Shown here piece by piece: positions 28,594 through 38,955 of a stretch of DNA of 64,000 nucleotides. The position numbers were made by a program, and so were the translations under genes. The notes below the pieces were generated by a model that was given only the letters and a program-made list of their open reading frames with translations, was not told where the DNA came from and ran no database searches. Origin of the DNA: an uncultured virus (IMG/VR IMGVR_UViG_3300019378_000501) (taxonomy: Duplodnaviria > Heunggongvirae > Uroviricota > Caudoviricetes); the IMG/VR virus record IMGVR_UViG_3300019378_000501, one strand, 5' to 3'. Position 1 is the stretch's first letter. The number at the start of each line of letters is the position of its first letter.

Positions 28594-29836
28594 TAGTGAA
28601 ACCGCAAAGCTGTCGGACATTATCGCCCCGCAGTTTTACCCGGTTTATTGGGACATCCAGAACGGCGGCCACACCTACTACGATCTGTACGGCGGTCGAG
28701 GCTCTACAAAGTCCTCTTTCATCGGTACGATGCTCCCGCTTGGGATTATGCAAGATCCGCTTGCCAATGGTGTTGTTTTCCGTAAAGTTGCCTCTACTAT
28801 CGGCACGTCTGTCTTTGAGCAGGTGTTATGGGGTATCGAGGCGTTGGGCGTAAGCGATCTGTGGAAAGCTACCACAAGTCCCTATAAGCTGACCTATCGC
28901 CCTACCGGGCAGGTAATTCTATTTCGCGGTCTGGACAAGGCGAAAAAGTTAAAATCCATCAAGGTATCTCGTGGATACCTGAAATATCTGTGGTTTGAGG
29001 AACTTGACGAGTTCGCCGGTGAGGAAGAAATACGAAGCGTTCAGCAGTCCGTCATGCGTGGCGGCTCGCAGTTCGTGGTTTTCAAGTCTTTCAACCCTCC
29101 GATCAGTCGTCAAAACTGGGCCAATCAGTACGTTTTGACCCCGCGCCGAAAGGCGTTGCGACATAGAAGCTGTTACACCGAAGTTCCCCCCGCTTGGCTG
29201 GGCGAACAGTTCTTTGACGATGCAGAGGCCCTAAAAGAAACCAACCTGCGGGCGTATATGCACGAGTATTTGGGTATTCCCGTCGGCACCGGCGGCGAAG
29301 TGTTCGACAATTTGGACATCCGGCAGATTTCGGACGAAGAAAAGTCACACTTCGACAATATCTACATGGGCATTGACTGGGGTTGGTATCCCGATCCTTT
29401 CCACTGGTCGAAGATGCACTACGACAGCGCCCGAAAAACGCTGTACATTTACGACGAATACCGGGCCAACAAACAGGGAAACGCAGAAACGTGGAACAAC
29501 CTTGTCATGCAAAAAGGCGTTACCGGCACAGATCTGATAACCGCAGACAGCGCCGAGCCGAAAAGCGTCGGTGACTATCGCGACTACGGCTCTTTGTGTC
29601 GGCCTGCGGTCAAAGGCCCCGACAGCGTGCGCTACGGTATCAAGTGGCTGCAATCCCTAAAGAAGATCGTTATTGACCCGGTGCGTTGCCCGGAAACTGC
29701 CAAAGAGTTCCAGAATTACGAATACGAACGAACCGACGACGGCGACATTATGAGCGGCTACCCTGACAAGGACAACCATAGTATCGACAGTGTTCGGTAT
29801 GCAATGGAACGTGTTTGGAGACGTAAAGGACAGTAA
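28586..29836 (+). CDS. PBSX-family terminase large subunit
   Basis: GGRGSTKS Walker A, WFEE Walker B, SFNPP, GIDWG, DNHSIDSVRY. Confidence 0.93.
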   Translation: MADSETAKLSDIIAPQFYPVYWDIQNGGHTYYDLYGGRGSTKSSFIGTMLPLGIMQDPLANGVVFRKVASTIGTSVFEQVLWGIEALGVSDLWKATTSPYKLTYRPTGQVILFRGLDKAKKLKSIKVSRGYLKYLWFEELDEFAGEEEIRSVQQSVMRGGSQFVVFKSFNPPISRQNWANQYVLTPRRKALRHRSCYTEVPPAWLGEQFFDDAEALKETNLRAYMHEYLGIPVGTGGEVFDNLDIRQISDEEKSHFDNIYMGIDWGWYPDPFHWSKMHYDSARKTLYIYDEYRANKQGNAETWNNLVMQKGVTGTDLITADSAEPKSVGDYRDYGSLCRPAVKGPDSVRYGIKWLQSLKKIVIDPVRCPETAKEFQNYEYERTDDGDIMSGYPDKDNHSIDSVRYAMERVWRRKGQ

Positions 29837-29838
29837 TA

Positions 29839-29878
29839 GTCAAAAGGATTTGACTTTTGCTGTTTGCTTTGCTACAAT
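29839..29878 (+). promoter_or_regulatory. Moron promoter overlapped by a perfect operator
   Basis: GTCAAAaggaTTTGAC 29839-29854; TTGACT(29850)-17-TACAAT(29873). Confidence 0.75.
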
Positions 29879-29909
29879 GGTGTTATCATAACACCGGGAG
29901 GCGGCAAAT

Positions 29910-30734
29910 ATGGCAATCTGTCCGAAGTGTGGAAGTGATAAGTTCCACTACGAATTGCGTTCAGCAGGCACACGATCTAAGTCGAATTATTATAAAACAG
30001 GGTTTGACGACAACTGGATTATACCCGCCGGACAAAAGACCTACAACAGCGAGCGCAAGCAAAAAGCCGTTGGTTTTTGCCCAAATTGCGGGTATGTTGA
30101 GGAAAAACAGGAAAAAGGTTGCCTTTATTATCTACTCTGTTTGATTTTCTTTCCTATCAGTTTATCTGTCTGGTTTTATAAAACGGATTTATTTCAACTC
30201 GACAAAAAATGGCGGGCTTTGATAATTGCCGTTTGTTGGTTGCCTTTGATTGTTAGCGCGATACTGTCACCCGGTACGGACGTAAATGCTGAGCCGGAAT
30301 CTTTGTGGAGCGCCGAGTACACAGAGCTTTCTTGTTTTGATTATTACATCGACGGCAATAAAATAGTTTTGAAAGACTATAACGGCAGTGATAAGAAAAT
30401 ACGGATAGCGCCGTCTTATAACGTGGACGGAGAAATCTTTCAGGTAGTTGCGTTGGATGGTACTTTCGCTTTAACCTCAGTGGACAGCGTTATTGTGCCT
30501 GAGTCCGTCACGACTATTGCAAGTAACACTTTTAACAGTTGTGGCATAAAGTATTTGTTTCTCCCCGGTTCTCTTATTGATTTTACAGGGTGGAACTATT
30601 TCCACGATGTTCAAGCTATATATTATGGCGGCACAGAGGAGGATTGGCACGCACTCTATACACGAGAACGATCCGATCTTGACGTGGTGCGGATAATATA
30701 CGACGCGACACTTGAAATGATCTTAACACAATAG
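29910..30734 (+). CDS. Moron: Zn-ribbon + 2 TM + BspA-type LRR-like domain
   Basis: CPKC/CPNC, two TM helices, VIVPESVTTIASNTF..C; AT-richer than neighbours. Confidence 0.7.
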   Translation: MAICPKCGSDKFHYELRSAGTRSKSNYYKTGFDDNWIIPAGQKTYNSERKQKAVGFCPNCGYVEEKQEKGCLYYLLCLIFFPISLSVWFYKTDLFQLDKKWRALIIAVCWLPLIVSAILSPGTDVNAEPESLWSAEYTELSCFDYYIDGNKIVLKDYNGSDKKIRIAPSYNVDGEIFQVVALDGTFALTSVDSVIVPESVTTIASNTFNSCGIKYLFLPGSLIDFTGWNYFHDVQAIYYGGTEEDWHALYTRERSDLDVVRIIYDATLEMILTQ

Positions 30735-30746
30735 CTGAATAACGAT

Positions 30747-30771
30747 AGCTCGCCGAAAGGCGAGCTTTTTT
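30747..30771 (+). terminator. Moron terminator
   Basis: AGCTCGCC-gaaa-GGCGAGCT-TTTTT. Confidence 0.85.
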
Positions 30772-30802
30772 ACACCCTTTTTCAAGGTGGTGAGAGAACC
30801 CC

Positions 30803-32296
30803 ATGTTTACAAAATTACTAAATTTTATTCGGGCGGTGATTCACAAGATGATTCCTTACAAGAACATAGAAACCGTCGAACACGTTGAAACGCCGCTTTC
30901 TAACGAAATGGTGAACGCGCTCGACAACTGGTACAATATGTACCTCAACAAAGCGGACTGGCTGAAACCCGATACGGTGAAGTCCCTCAACCTGCCCGCT
31001 TTTATTTCCTCCGAAATCGCGCGGCAGATCGTCCTTGAGATGAAGTGGAGTATCACCGGCAAAAACAAAGACGGTGAAACACAGAGCGGCGACGGCGCAG
31101 ACATTATGAACCCCCGCGCTGAATACCTCAAAGCAGAGTTTGAGAAGTGCATCACTGTTCTGCGGCAGAAGCTCGAACAGGGTTGCGCTGCGGGCGGTAT
31201 GGTCGTAAAGCCCTATTCCAAAGACGGTCACATCTTCTTTGACTGGACGATGGATTGGAGCCTTTACCCCATCGCCTTTGACGACGACGGCAACCTTGCC
31301 GATGTCATTTTCCAAGATACTTTCAGCGAGGGAAAAACGGTATACACCCGCTTGGAGCGGCACACCGTAGAGGGCCAGAACGTCAAGATCACCCAACGGG
31401 CATTTAAGTCCAATATGCGCGATGCCGTCGGCGTGGAAATCAATCTGTCCGAAGTGGCTCAGTGGTCGCAGCTCAAGCCTGAGGCGACCGTTAAAAACTC
31501 CGGCGGTCAGATGTTCGGTTGGTTCAAAGTCGCATCTGCAAACAGTATCGACGTTGACAGTCCTATGGGCGCGTCCTGTTTCTGCAAAGCCCGTGACACG
31601 ATCAAAGAAGCCGATTTGCAGTATTCCCGTCTGCTTTGGGAGTATGAGGGCAGCGAGCTTGCTATTGACGTTGACCCCACCGTTCTGCGGCCTAAGAAAA
31701 CCGAGGGTGGCGGTCTGGAAATGCCCAAGCTGAATCAGCGCCTTTTCCGTGCCGTCGATGCCGACAAGGGCGACCGCGACCTGTATAACGTCTTTTCTCC
31801 TGCTATTCGCGACGGCAGCCTTGTTAACGGTCTGAATCAGCTCTTAATGCGTATCGAGGATCAGTGTGGCTTGGCTCGTGGAACGCTGTCTGACGCAAAC
31901 GTAGAAGCCCGCACTGCAACGGAACTGCGGATCATCAAGCAACGGTCTTACGCCACTATCGCTGATAACCAGAAAGCGTTGGAACACTGCCTGAAAGACG
32001 TTATCAGGGCGATGGACGTATGGGCCGATCTGTACGGGCTGGCCCCTGAGGGTGACTATGAGGTTTCCTTCGAGTGGGACGACAGCATTATCACTGACAC
32101 CGAACAGCAGATGAATGAGCGGCTGATGCTGTTGAACGCCGGTCTTATCAGTAAGGCAGAGTTCCGCGAGTGGTATTTTAACGAAACCAAGGAACAAGCC
32201 GCTGCTGCGGTTTCTGCCATTGCCGAAGAAACGGCGGCAGAACAGATGGCCGGTATGAATCAGCTTTTGCCGAAGGTTCCCACGGGAGAGGAGTAA
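30803..32296 (+). CDS. Portal protein (A118-like)
   Basis: SLNLPAFISSEIAR, YTRLERH, TATE, WDDSIITD; follows terL. Confidence 0.85.
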   Translation: MFTKLLNFIRAVIHKMIPYKNIETVEHVETPLSNEMVNALDNWYNMYLNKADWLKPDTVKSLNLPAFISSEIARQIVLEMKWSITGKNKDGETQSGDGADIMNPRAEYLKAEFEKCITVLRQKLEQGCAAGGMVVKPYSKDGHIFFDWTMDWSLYPIAFDDDGNLADVIFQDTFSEGKTVYTRLERHTVEGQNVKITQRAFKSNMRDAVGVEINLSEVAQWSQLKPEATVKNSGGQMFGWFKVASANSIDVDSPMGASCFCKARDTIKEADLQYSRLLWEYEGSELAIDVDPTVLRPKKTEGGGLEMPKLNQRLFRAVDADKGDRDLYNVFSPAIRDGSLVNGLNQLLMRIEDQCGLARGTLSDANVEARTATELRIIKQRSYATIADNQKALEHCLKDVIRAMDVWADLYGLAPEGDYEVSFEWDDSIITDTEQQMNERLMLLNAGLISKAEFREWYFNETKEQAAAAVSAIAEETAAEQMAGMNQLLPKVPTGEE

Positions 32297-32299
32297 ACC

Positions 32300-32578
32300 A
32301 TGAAGATCCCCAATGATTGCCGAGAGTGTGAGGTTCCTACCGGGTGTAGAAGCTACTACGGCGGCTCCACCTGCAAGCACCGGCACGAAATCCACGAAAA
32401 GGCGGTGAGCGAAATGTTCATGCCGTGGATCACAATTCCCGCTGAGGACGTTCGGGTACAGATGCCCGTGAGCGGCTACGACGGGAACGTCAGAATTATG
32501 TTCCGAGATGCAGCGGCGGTGGAAAAAACCATCGAACAGCTTGAAAATCTCAAGGATCTTCTGGCAAGTAAGAAGTAA
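32300..32578 (+). CDS. Hypothetical protein
   Basis: ORF with RBS between portal and minor capsid. Confidence 0.55.
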   Translation: MKIPNDCRECEVPTGCRSYYGGSTCKHRHEIHEKAVSEMFMPWITIPAEDVRVQMPVSGYDGNVRIMFRDAAAVEKTIEQLENLKDLLASKK

Positions 32579-32590
32579 GGAGGCGTGAAA

Positions 32591-33745
32591 ATGCTGACCG
32601 AAAAGGAGCTTGAGGCTGCTATAAAGCGGATTATCGGACGGTTGGATGAGGTGAACCGCCTGTATATCAAAAAGATTGCGGCGCAGCTCTTGAAAATCGG
32701 TGAGCTGAACGCCTCAAGCATTAACCGAATCATCGTAATGACGGAGATGGGCGCGGATGTTCGGGAAATCTCCCGCGAGTTGGCACAGGCCACCGCAATG
32801 AACATCCGGGACGTCTACCAGATCTACCAAGCGGCGCTGTCGGATAGCTACACAGATCCGAGGTTCGCGGCGGCCCTCCAAAGTCAGCCGCTCACCCCGG
32901 AACAGAATACGCGGATAACGCAATTCGCGCAGAACGTAAGCACCCAAACAGCGCAGACCATGATGAACCTATCCAACACTACGTCTATTATGCCTACCTA
33001 CAAAGACGCGGTTGATCGTGCTATTGTGGCTACTTCGATGGGTTTGACAAGTTACAAAGAAGCTGCGCGTGAAATCATTCGCGATGTTGGCACGAACGGC
33101 TTGCAGGTCTATTATGAAAGCGGCTATCATCGTCGCCTTGACAGCGCCGTGCGCCAAAACATTATTGACGGCGTTAATCAAATCAATCAAAATGCGTCCC
33201 TTGCTATGGGTGAGGCGTTGGGTTTTGACGCGGTGGAGATTTCCGCGCACGCGAACAGCGCGCCGGATCACGAGCCTGTACAGGGGCGCGTATTTCTCAA
33301 AACTGAGTTTGAAAAGATGCAGGCAGGGTTTGATTTTTACGATATTGACGGGAACTTTTATGAGGGTTTCCGTCGACCTATCGGAGAATGGAACTGTATG
33401 CACATCGCTATGGCATTTTCCACTCAGCACTCCAAGCGTCGATACACTGACGAACAGCTCAAGCAGTGGCAGGTCGATAACGCGGCAGGCTGTGACATCA
33501 AAGGCAAGCACTATTCACTGTATCAGGCACGGCAGCTCATGCGACAGCTTGAAACAAAGGTGCGCCGGGAGAAAGATGCGGCCAATGCCGCGCGTCTCAA
33601 TGGTAACGACATGGAGGCGCGTAGATCCCACCAAAAGAACATTAACGCTCTTACAAAGCAGTATTACGCCGTAGCTCAAGCCGCAGGGCTTAAAGCGCGC
33701 GGTGATCGCCTGTCAGTGGAGGGCTTTAAGATGGTCAAAGTGTAA
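32591..33745 (+). CDS. Phage minor capsid protein
   Basis: EISAHANSAPDH...QGR, GEWNCMH, R.LE..VR..K. Confidence 0.8.
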   Translation: MLTEKELEAAIKRIIGRLDEVNRLYIKKIAAQLLKIGELNASSINRIIVMTEMGADVREISRELAQATAMNIRDVYQIYQAALSDSYTDPRFAAALQSQPLTPEQNTRITQFAQNVSTQTAQTMMNLSNTTSIMPTYKDAVDRAIVATSMGLTSYKEAAREIIRDVGTNGLQVYYESGYHRRLDSAVRQNIIDGVNQINQNASLAMGEALGFDAVEISAHANSAPDHEPVQGRVFLKTEFEKMQAGFDFYDIDGNFYEGFRRPIGEWNCMHIAMAFSTQHSKRRYTDEQLKQWQVDNAAGCDIKGKHYSLYQARQLMRQLETKVRREKDAANAARLNGNDMEARRSHQKNINALTKQYYAVAQAAGLKARGDRLSVEGFKMVKV

Positions 33746-33989
33746 AATATCACCGTCACATAAAAATGTGACCTCATATTCCGATTTTTCATAAAAGGGC
33801 GACAAAAGACCCGCCCGAAATAACGGCCCGTCTGAGGGCCTTGCAAAGCGTTCTGCGGCAACGAGCCGTAGGGCGCTTTTTTCATCCCGTTATTAAGGCA
33901 CTCAGCCTTGATATATAAATTATCCCCACGACAAGGGATCTAAACTGTCGACGGCGCAGCACTCAGTTACGCCGGGAAATGGAGGAAGT

Positions 33990-34664
33990 ATGAAACTCAA
34001 CGAATTGCTGTCCCCGGAACTGTATCAGCAGGTACAGGCCAGAATCGACGAAGTGAACGCAGGACAGACCGACAAGACGAAGCACGTCCGCTTTGCGGAT
34101 CTGTCTGAGGGCGGTTACGTCTCTGTGGATCGCTTCAATTCTCAGGTCAACGGCCTCACCCAGCAGGTCAACGACCTCACCGGGCAGATCACCCAGCGCG
34201 ACGCTGACATCACCGATTTGCAGGGCAAGCTGACCGCAGCGCAGACCGACGCAAGCAAGCTGACCGAGGCGCAGACCCAGCTTACCAACCTGCAAACCAA
34301 GTATCAGCAGGATCAGCAGGCGTGGGATGCCAAGGTCGTCAAGCAGCGCAAAGAGTTCATGGTACGCGAACAGGCCAACAGCCTGAACTTTTCTTCTGCT
34401 GCTGCTAAGCGCGACTTTATCAGTCAGGCTCAGGCCAAGGACTTCCAGATCGACGGCGAAACGCTGGTCGGTTATGTCGATTTCCTGACCAAGTACAAGA
34501 CCGATAATCCCGGCGCTCTGGTGGATCAGGCTCCCGCAGATCCCAACAACCCCGGCGACAACAAGCCGCAGATCGTTCTTCCTAAGAACCAGAAGCCCGA
34601 CGGCGACAAGGCTGTTTTCGGCTTCCACTTCAACGGGGTACGTCCTAAGCCCTCTGATAACTAA
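33990..34664 (+). CDS. Head scaffolding protein (GP20-like)
   Basis: Coiled coil, YVSVDRFN; upstream of major capsid. Confidence 0.7.
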   Translation: MKLNELLSPELYQQVQARIDEVNAGQTDKTKHVRFADLSEGGYVSVDRFNSQVNGLTQQVNDLTGQITQRDADITDLQGKLTAAQTDASKLTEAQTQLTNLQTKYQQDQQAWDAKVVKQRKEFMVREQANSLNFSSAAAKRDFISQAQAKDFQIDGETLVGYVDFLTKYKTDNPGALVDQAPADPNNPGDNKPQIVLPKNQKPDGDKAVFGFHFNGVRPKPSDN

Positions 34665-34703
34665 TTAGGGCAAATTTTGTAATTCTGAAAAGGAGAATTT
34701 CAC

Positions 34704-35603
34704 ATGGCAGCTATTAACTACGCAGCACAGTACGCCCGCGAGCTGGCACAGGCTTATCCCTATGCCCTGAACTTCGGCGCTCTGTACGCCACCCCCAACA
34801 ACGGTCGTTACCGTATGGGCGAAGATGGTAAGACCATCTACATCCCCAATCTGTCCACCACTGGCCGTGTTGCCGCTGACCGCGACACCATCGCCACCGC
34901 CACCCGCAACTATGACAACGCGTGGGAACCCAAGGTGCTGAGCAATCAGCGCAAGTGGTCTACTCTTGTCCATCCTAAGGACATTGACCAGACCAACGAG
35001 GTTGCCTCCATCGCGAACATCACTCAGGTGTTCAACGAGGAGCAGAAGTTCCCCGAAATGGACGCATACTGCGTTTCCACCCTGTACAAGCTGTGGTGCG
35101 AGCAGAACCACGAGGCCGACACCACCGCGCTGACCGCAGCTAACGTGCTGGCAGTTTTCGACGCGCTGATGCTGAACATGGACAACGCCCGTGTTCCTGC
35201 CAACGGTCGTATTCTGTACTGCACCAACGAGGTTAAGACCCTGCTGAAGCAGGCAAGCGGTCTGGCTCGTAACTTCGATGTTCAGGGCAAGAAGTCCGCT
35301 ATCGACCGCACCGTTTCCCGTATCGAGGAAGTGGAGATCATCGGCGTTCCCGCTACCCTGATGAAGTCCGCTTACACCTTCACCGCAGGTTGGGCCGTCG
35401 CAGAGGGCGCAGCTCAGATCAACATGATGCTGGTACACCCCAGCGCTGTTATCACCCCCGTGTCCTATCAGTTCTCCCAGCTCGATCCCCCTTCCGCTGT
35501 GACCGAGGGCAAGTATATCTACTACGAAGAGAGCTTCGAGGACGTGTTCATCCTGAACAAGAAGTCCGATGCCCTCCAGTTCAACGTTACCGCCGCAGGT
35601 TAA
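34704..35603 (+). CDS. Major capsid protein
   Basis: INYA.QY..EL, D.DQTN, FPEMDAY, INMMLVHP; strongly biased codon usage. Confidence 0.85.
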   Translation: MAAINYAAQYARELAQAYPYALNFGALYATPNNGRYRMGEDGKTIYIPNLSTTGRVAADRDTIATATRNYDNAWEPKVLSNQRKWSTLVHPKDIDQTNEVASIANITQVFNEEQKFPEMDAYCVSTLYKLWCEQNHEADTTALTAANVLAVFDALMLNMDNARVPANGRILYCTNEVKTLLKQASGLARNFDVQGKKSAIDRTVSRIEEVEIIGVPATLMKSAYTFTAGWAVAEGAAQINMMLVHPSAVITPVSYQFSQLDPPSAVTEGKYIYYEESFEDVFILNKKSDALQFNVTAAG

Positions 35604-35628
35604 TCCGTGCCGGTAAGGAGGACGTACA

Positions 35629-36009
35629 ATGACCTACCTGAGTTTCGACGAGTATAAGGGATACGGCGGCACGGCCTCCAATGCAGAGTTCACGGCGCTG
35701 GAATTTCGGGCGCGGAAACGCATTGACCGTTTGACGGCTTCGAGGGTACAGAACATGAGGGAAGTCCCTGAGGCCGTCAAACTTTGCATGATGTCCCTTA
35801 TCGGGATTGACAGCAAAGCGGGCGTAGAAGCGCAGACAAGTAACCCGGTCGTTACGTCGTTTAATACGGACGGCTACTCCGAAACCTACGGCAAGGCACT
35901 GAGCGTTGAGGACGCGGACAGATCCATGTCCGCGTCTATTCGCTCCATGCTGTACGGAGAGACGGACGACAACGGCGTACCCCTGCTTTACAGGGGGGTC
36001 GAAGTATGA
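35629..36009 (+). CDS. Head-tail connector
   Basis: YL.F.EY..YGG, SFNTDGYS, LLYRGV. Confidence 0.7.
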   Translation: MTYLSFDEYKGYGGTASNAEFTALEFRARKRIDRLTASRVQNMREVPEAVKLCMMSLIGIDSKAGVEAQTSNPVVTSFNTDGYSETYGKALSVEDADRSMSASIRSMLYGETDDNGVPLLYRGVEV

Positions 36010-36416
36010 ATTTATGCAACGACACTATTACTGTGTTTAACGCCAGACTGAATCCCGACACTGACAGTGACGAATATATCGCCACTGTTATTTCCGGCGT
36101 TTCGTGGTTCTGTGAGAACGTTTCGAGCGTGGACAGTTCCGGCCTAAAAGCCGCAAATAAGTTCACGACCCGTATCCCTGTAACCGCCGACTTTGGCGGT
36201 AAGACGTACAAAGCCCCGTTGGATTATGCGAACGCGGCAGACGTGTCCGGGCTGTTTACCCTCCGCAACGGTGACATTGTTGTCCGGGGCGCGGTGACAG
36301 CACAAGGGCTGCGACCCGCTGCGCTGCATAAAAACTACGAGGCGTTCACGATTTTAGGAGTGACGGATAACCGGCGCGCTCCTAACGCGCCCCATTGGAA
36401 GGTGGTAGGCGCATGA
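36006..36416 (+). CDS. Head closure/neck protein
   Basis: Position; PHWKV.G C-terminus. Confidence 0.6.
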   Translation: MNLCNDTITVFNARLNPDTDSDEYIATVISGVSWFCENVSSVDSSGLKAANKFTTRIPVTADFGGKTYKAPLDYANAADVSGLFTLRNGDIVVRGAVTAQGLRPAALHKNYEAFTILGVTDNRRAPNAPHWKVVGA

Positions 36417-36874
36417 TCGAGTTGAAAGTCAAAACCGTTCATATGCCGAAAGACGCGGCTGACCTCCTAAGGAGATGCAACATCAACAAAGGCGGGTTGG
36501 TTCAGCAAGTTATCGACAAAACGGTCATCGACTACAATCTGGAATATGCCCCATGGGATTCCGGCAAGCTCGCAAAGAGTGCATATGGAGCTACACAGAT
36601 CGGCAGCGGGAAAGTGATCTATCCTGGCCCCTATGCACACTATCAGTATTACGGTGAGATATACGGCCCGAACATTCCTGTTTTCGAGGACGACAGCGGC
36701 ATACCGACGCGCTATTTCAGCCCGAAAGGACAGAAGAAACATCCAACTGGACGATCTCTGAAATACGCGACAGATGTAAACGCGCTCGCAGGGCCGTTCT
36801 TCTTTGAACGTATGAAAGCTGATCGTATGCAGGATATTTTACAGGAGGCCAAGAATGTCGCTGGAATTAAATAA
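36413..36874 (+). CDS. Neck (minor capsid-type) protein
   Basis: P.DSG.L..SA, PYAHYQYYG, AGPFFFERMK. Confidence 0.65.
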   Translation: MIELKVKTVHMPKDAADLLRRCNINKGGLVQQVIDKTVIDYNLEYAPWDSGKLAKSAYGATQIGSGKVIYPGPYAHYQYYGEIYGPNIPVFEDDSGIPTRYFSPKGQKKHPTGRSLKYATDVNALAGPFFFERMKADRMQDILQEAKNVAGIK

Positions 36875-37295
36875 CGCTGTCCAACTCCGAAACTGGTTTC
36901 GGAGTTGTCCGGCGCTCGCAGAGGGCAGCCGGTTCCGCATGGACTACCTTGCGGAAAATCCTACGGAGTACGCTTTGTACGCCGTTCCTTCCCAAATCAA
37001 TTACAGAGAAAACGTGTTAGGTGAGGAGATCCCTACCGACGTACAGACCATCAACTACATTTTCGCGAGCAAGGAAAGCTACGGTGCAGACGTAGAACAG
37101 AACCTCGCGAACTTAGGTTTTTACGATGAAGTCGTGGCGTGGATCTTGGAACAGAACAGCAAACGTGATTTCCCTGCAATCAACGAGGGAAGGGTTAAGT
37201 CTATCGTGCCGACGTTGACCGCATACCCGATTCAGGTAGGCAGCGACGCGGCAAAATACCAAATCCAACTAAGAATTACCTACAGGAGGAATTAA
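36855..37295 (+). CDS. Tail terminator-like protein
   Basis: Position; AKYQIQLRITY end. Confidence 0.6.
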   Translation: MSLELNNAVQLRNWFRSCPALAEGSRFRMDYLAENPTEYALYAVPSQINYRENVLGEEIPTDVQTINYIFASKESYGADVEQNLANLGFYDEVVAWILEQNSKRDFPAINEGRVKSIVPTLTAYPIQVGSDAAKYQIQLRITYRRN

Positions 37296-37299
37296 CCTT

Positions 37300-37797
37300 A
37301 TGGCAAAAATGGAACGCAACAGAGGTATGTTCTTCGGCAAGTGGAAGGACGGCACCGAATGGGAGGCCATCGGCAAGGATAACGACGAGCTGACCAAGGA
37401 GCTGAACCCTGATACCGAATCTTCCAAGAACGTCCTTGGTGAATCCACCTTCACCCACTCTGGCTATGAGCCTGAGGTCGATGTCGCACCCTACTACATG
37501 GATCCCGACCGCGCTATGTACGAGCATATGCTTGAGTGCGCTCTGGAAGAAAAGTATGGTGAAGCCGACCTGCTGGGCGAGTTCGCTGAGGCTTTCTTCG
37601 AGAGCGTCGATACCGCCACCAAGACTATGACCGGCTACTGCTATGTGCGCAACGCATGGTTTGTGCCTCAGTCTACCGGCGGCGACACCACCGGCTATGC
37701 AATCCCCTATAAGATTCACCCCGTCGGCGCTATGGTTAAGAAGAACATCTCCTATAACATGGAGACTAACGTCGCTACCATCTCCGACGCGGCCTAA
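37300..37797 (+). CDS. Major tail protein
   Basis: IGKDN.EL..ELNPDTE..KNVLGE; followed by terminator-like hairpin at ~37828-37863. Confidence 0.75.
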   Translation: MAKMERNRGMFFGKWKDGTEWEAIGKDNDELTKELNPDTESSKNVLGESTFTHSGYEPEVDVAPYYMDPDRAMYEHMLECALEEKYGEADLLGEFAEAFFESVDTATKTMTGYCYVRNAWFVPQSTGGDTTGYAIPYKIHPVGAMVKKNISYNMETNVATISDAA

Positions 37798-37886
37798 TAC
37801 GGGACGCGGCCCAAATATTCACACATCGGGCGCGGGGTAGTCAATATTCCGCGCCCATTTTTTAATCATTACGGAGGTATGTAATC

Positions 37887-38393
37887 ATGTCCATCAAGGA
37901 ATACAAGGGTGTTATCGACGACGGCACAAGGGAAATTCCCCTTGTGAACAAATTCGGAAAGCTGATCTGCAATATCTACATCCGGCCTGCTGACCTGTCC
38001 ATTCTGGACAGATATAATCAGCTTTCTGCGGACTTCCACACCATCGTGGAGCCGCTGAAAAACCTGAGCATTAAGAACGACGGCACTGCGTCCTTTGACG
38101 ACGACTGGCAGGTTCTCAAGTCCGTGGAAAACGAGCTGAAACGGCGCATCAACGCCCTGTTCGACATGGACGAGGCTGACGAGATTTTCGCCAAGCGCAA
38201 CCCCTTTTCCAGCGTTGGCGGTAAATTCTTCTGTGAGAGTATTATCGAGGGCATCGGTAATATCATCGCAGAGGCCGTCGAGGACGAAATGGCGCTGTCC
38301 AAGGCTCGGACGGACAAGTATTTGAGCGATATTCAGCCGACCACTACCCCGGAGGTAAGCGGCGATGATAGGAATGTTACCGCATACGCTTGA
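37887..38393 (+). CDS. Tail assembly chaperone
   Basis: Position between MTP and Gp15-like gene. Confidence 0.6.
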   Translation: MSIKEYKGVIDDGTREIPLVNKFGKLICNIYIRPADLSILDRYNQLSADFHTIVEPLKNLSIKNDGTASFDDDWQVLKSVENELKRRINALFDMDEADEIFAKRNPFSSVGGKFFCESIIEGIGNIIAEAVEDEMALSKARTDKYLSDIQPTTTPEVSGDDRNVTAYA

Positions 38394-38955
38394 TGTCTGC
38401 AACAAAACCTATGAAATCCGTTCCGATTATCGGAACATTCTCAGAATTATCGCGGCTTACAACGACAAAGACCTCTCCGATCAGGAGAAGGTCTTTATTT
38501 GTTTAAGCCGGATTTATAAAGACTTGAACAGTATGCCCAAAGACAAGGACACTTATGCAGCCGCGCTCAAAGCGGCGACAGAGTTCATGGAGTGTCGCTT
38601 GTCGAGCGACAAACCCAGTCCGAAGGTCGTGAATTGGGACAAAGACGAACAGCTTATTTTCCCGGCCATCAATAAAGTGGCGGGGATGGAAGTTCGCGCC
38701 GTTCCTTTTATGCACTGGTGGACGTTTTTGGGGTACTTCCAAGCCATCGACCGGGAGGATCTGTGGGGCGTTGTTCTCACGATTCGACAGAAAAAGGCGA
38801 TGGGCAAGAAACTCGAAAAGCACGAAAGCGAATTTTTTGCCGCAAACCGGGATCTGTGCAGCATGGAATTTGCTGCTGAAAGACAGTCCCCGGAAGATCA
38901 GATGCGTGCAATTTACGAAAGTCTTTTGAAGGAAGGAGGTACAGGAAATGGCTAA
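38365..38955 (+). CDS. Gp15-like tail assembly protein
   Basis: IRSDYRNIL, D.QLI, MHWWTFLGYF. Confidence 0.7.
   Translation: MIGMLPHTLDVCNKTYEIRSDYRNILRIIAAYNDKDLSDQEKVFICLSRIYKDLNSMPKDKDTYAAALKAATEFMECRLSSDKPSPKVVNWDKDEQLIFPAINKVAGMEVRAVPFMHWWTFLGYFQAIDREDLWGVVLTIRQKKAMGKKLEKHESEFFAANRDLCSMEFAAERQSPEDQMRAIYESLLKEGGTGNG

Noticed and set aside
38340..38393. Programmed -1 frameshift between tail chaperones
   Set aside because: No slippery heptamer seen; the second ORF is in the +1 frame and has its own GGAGGT RBS
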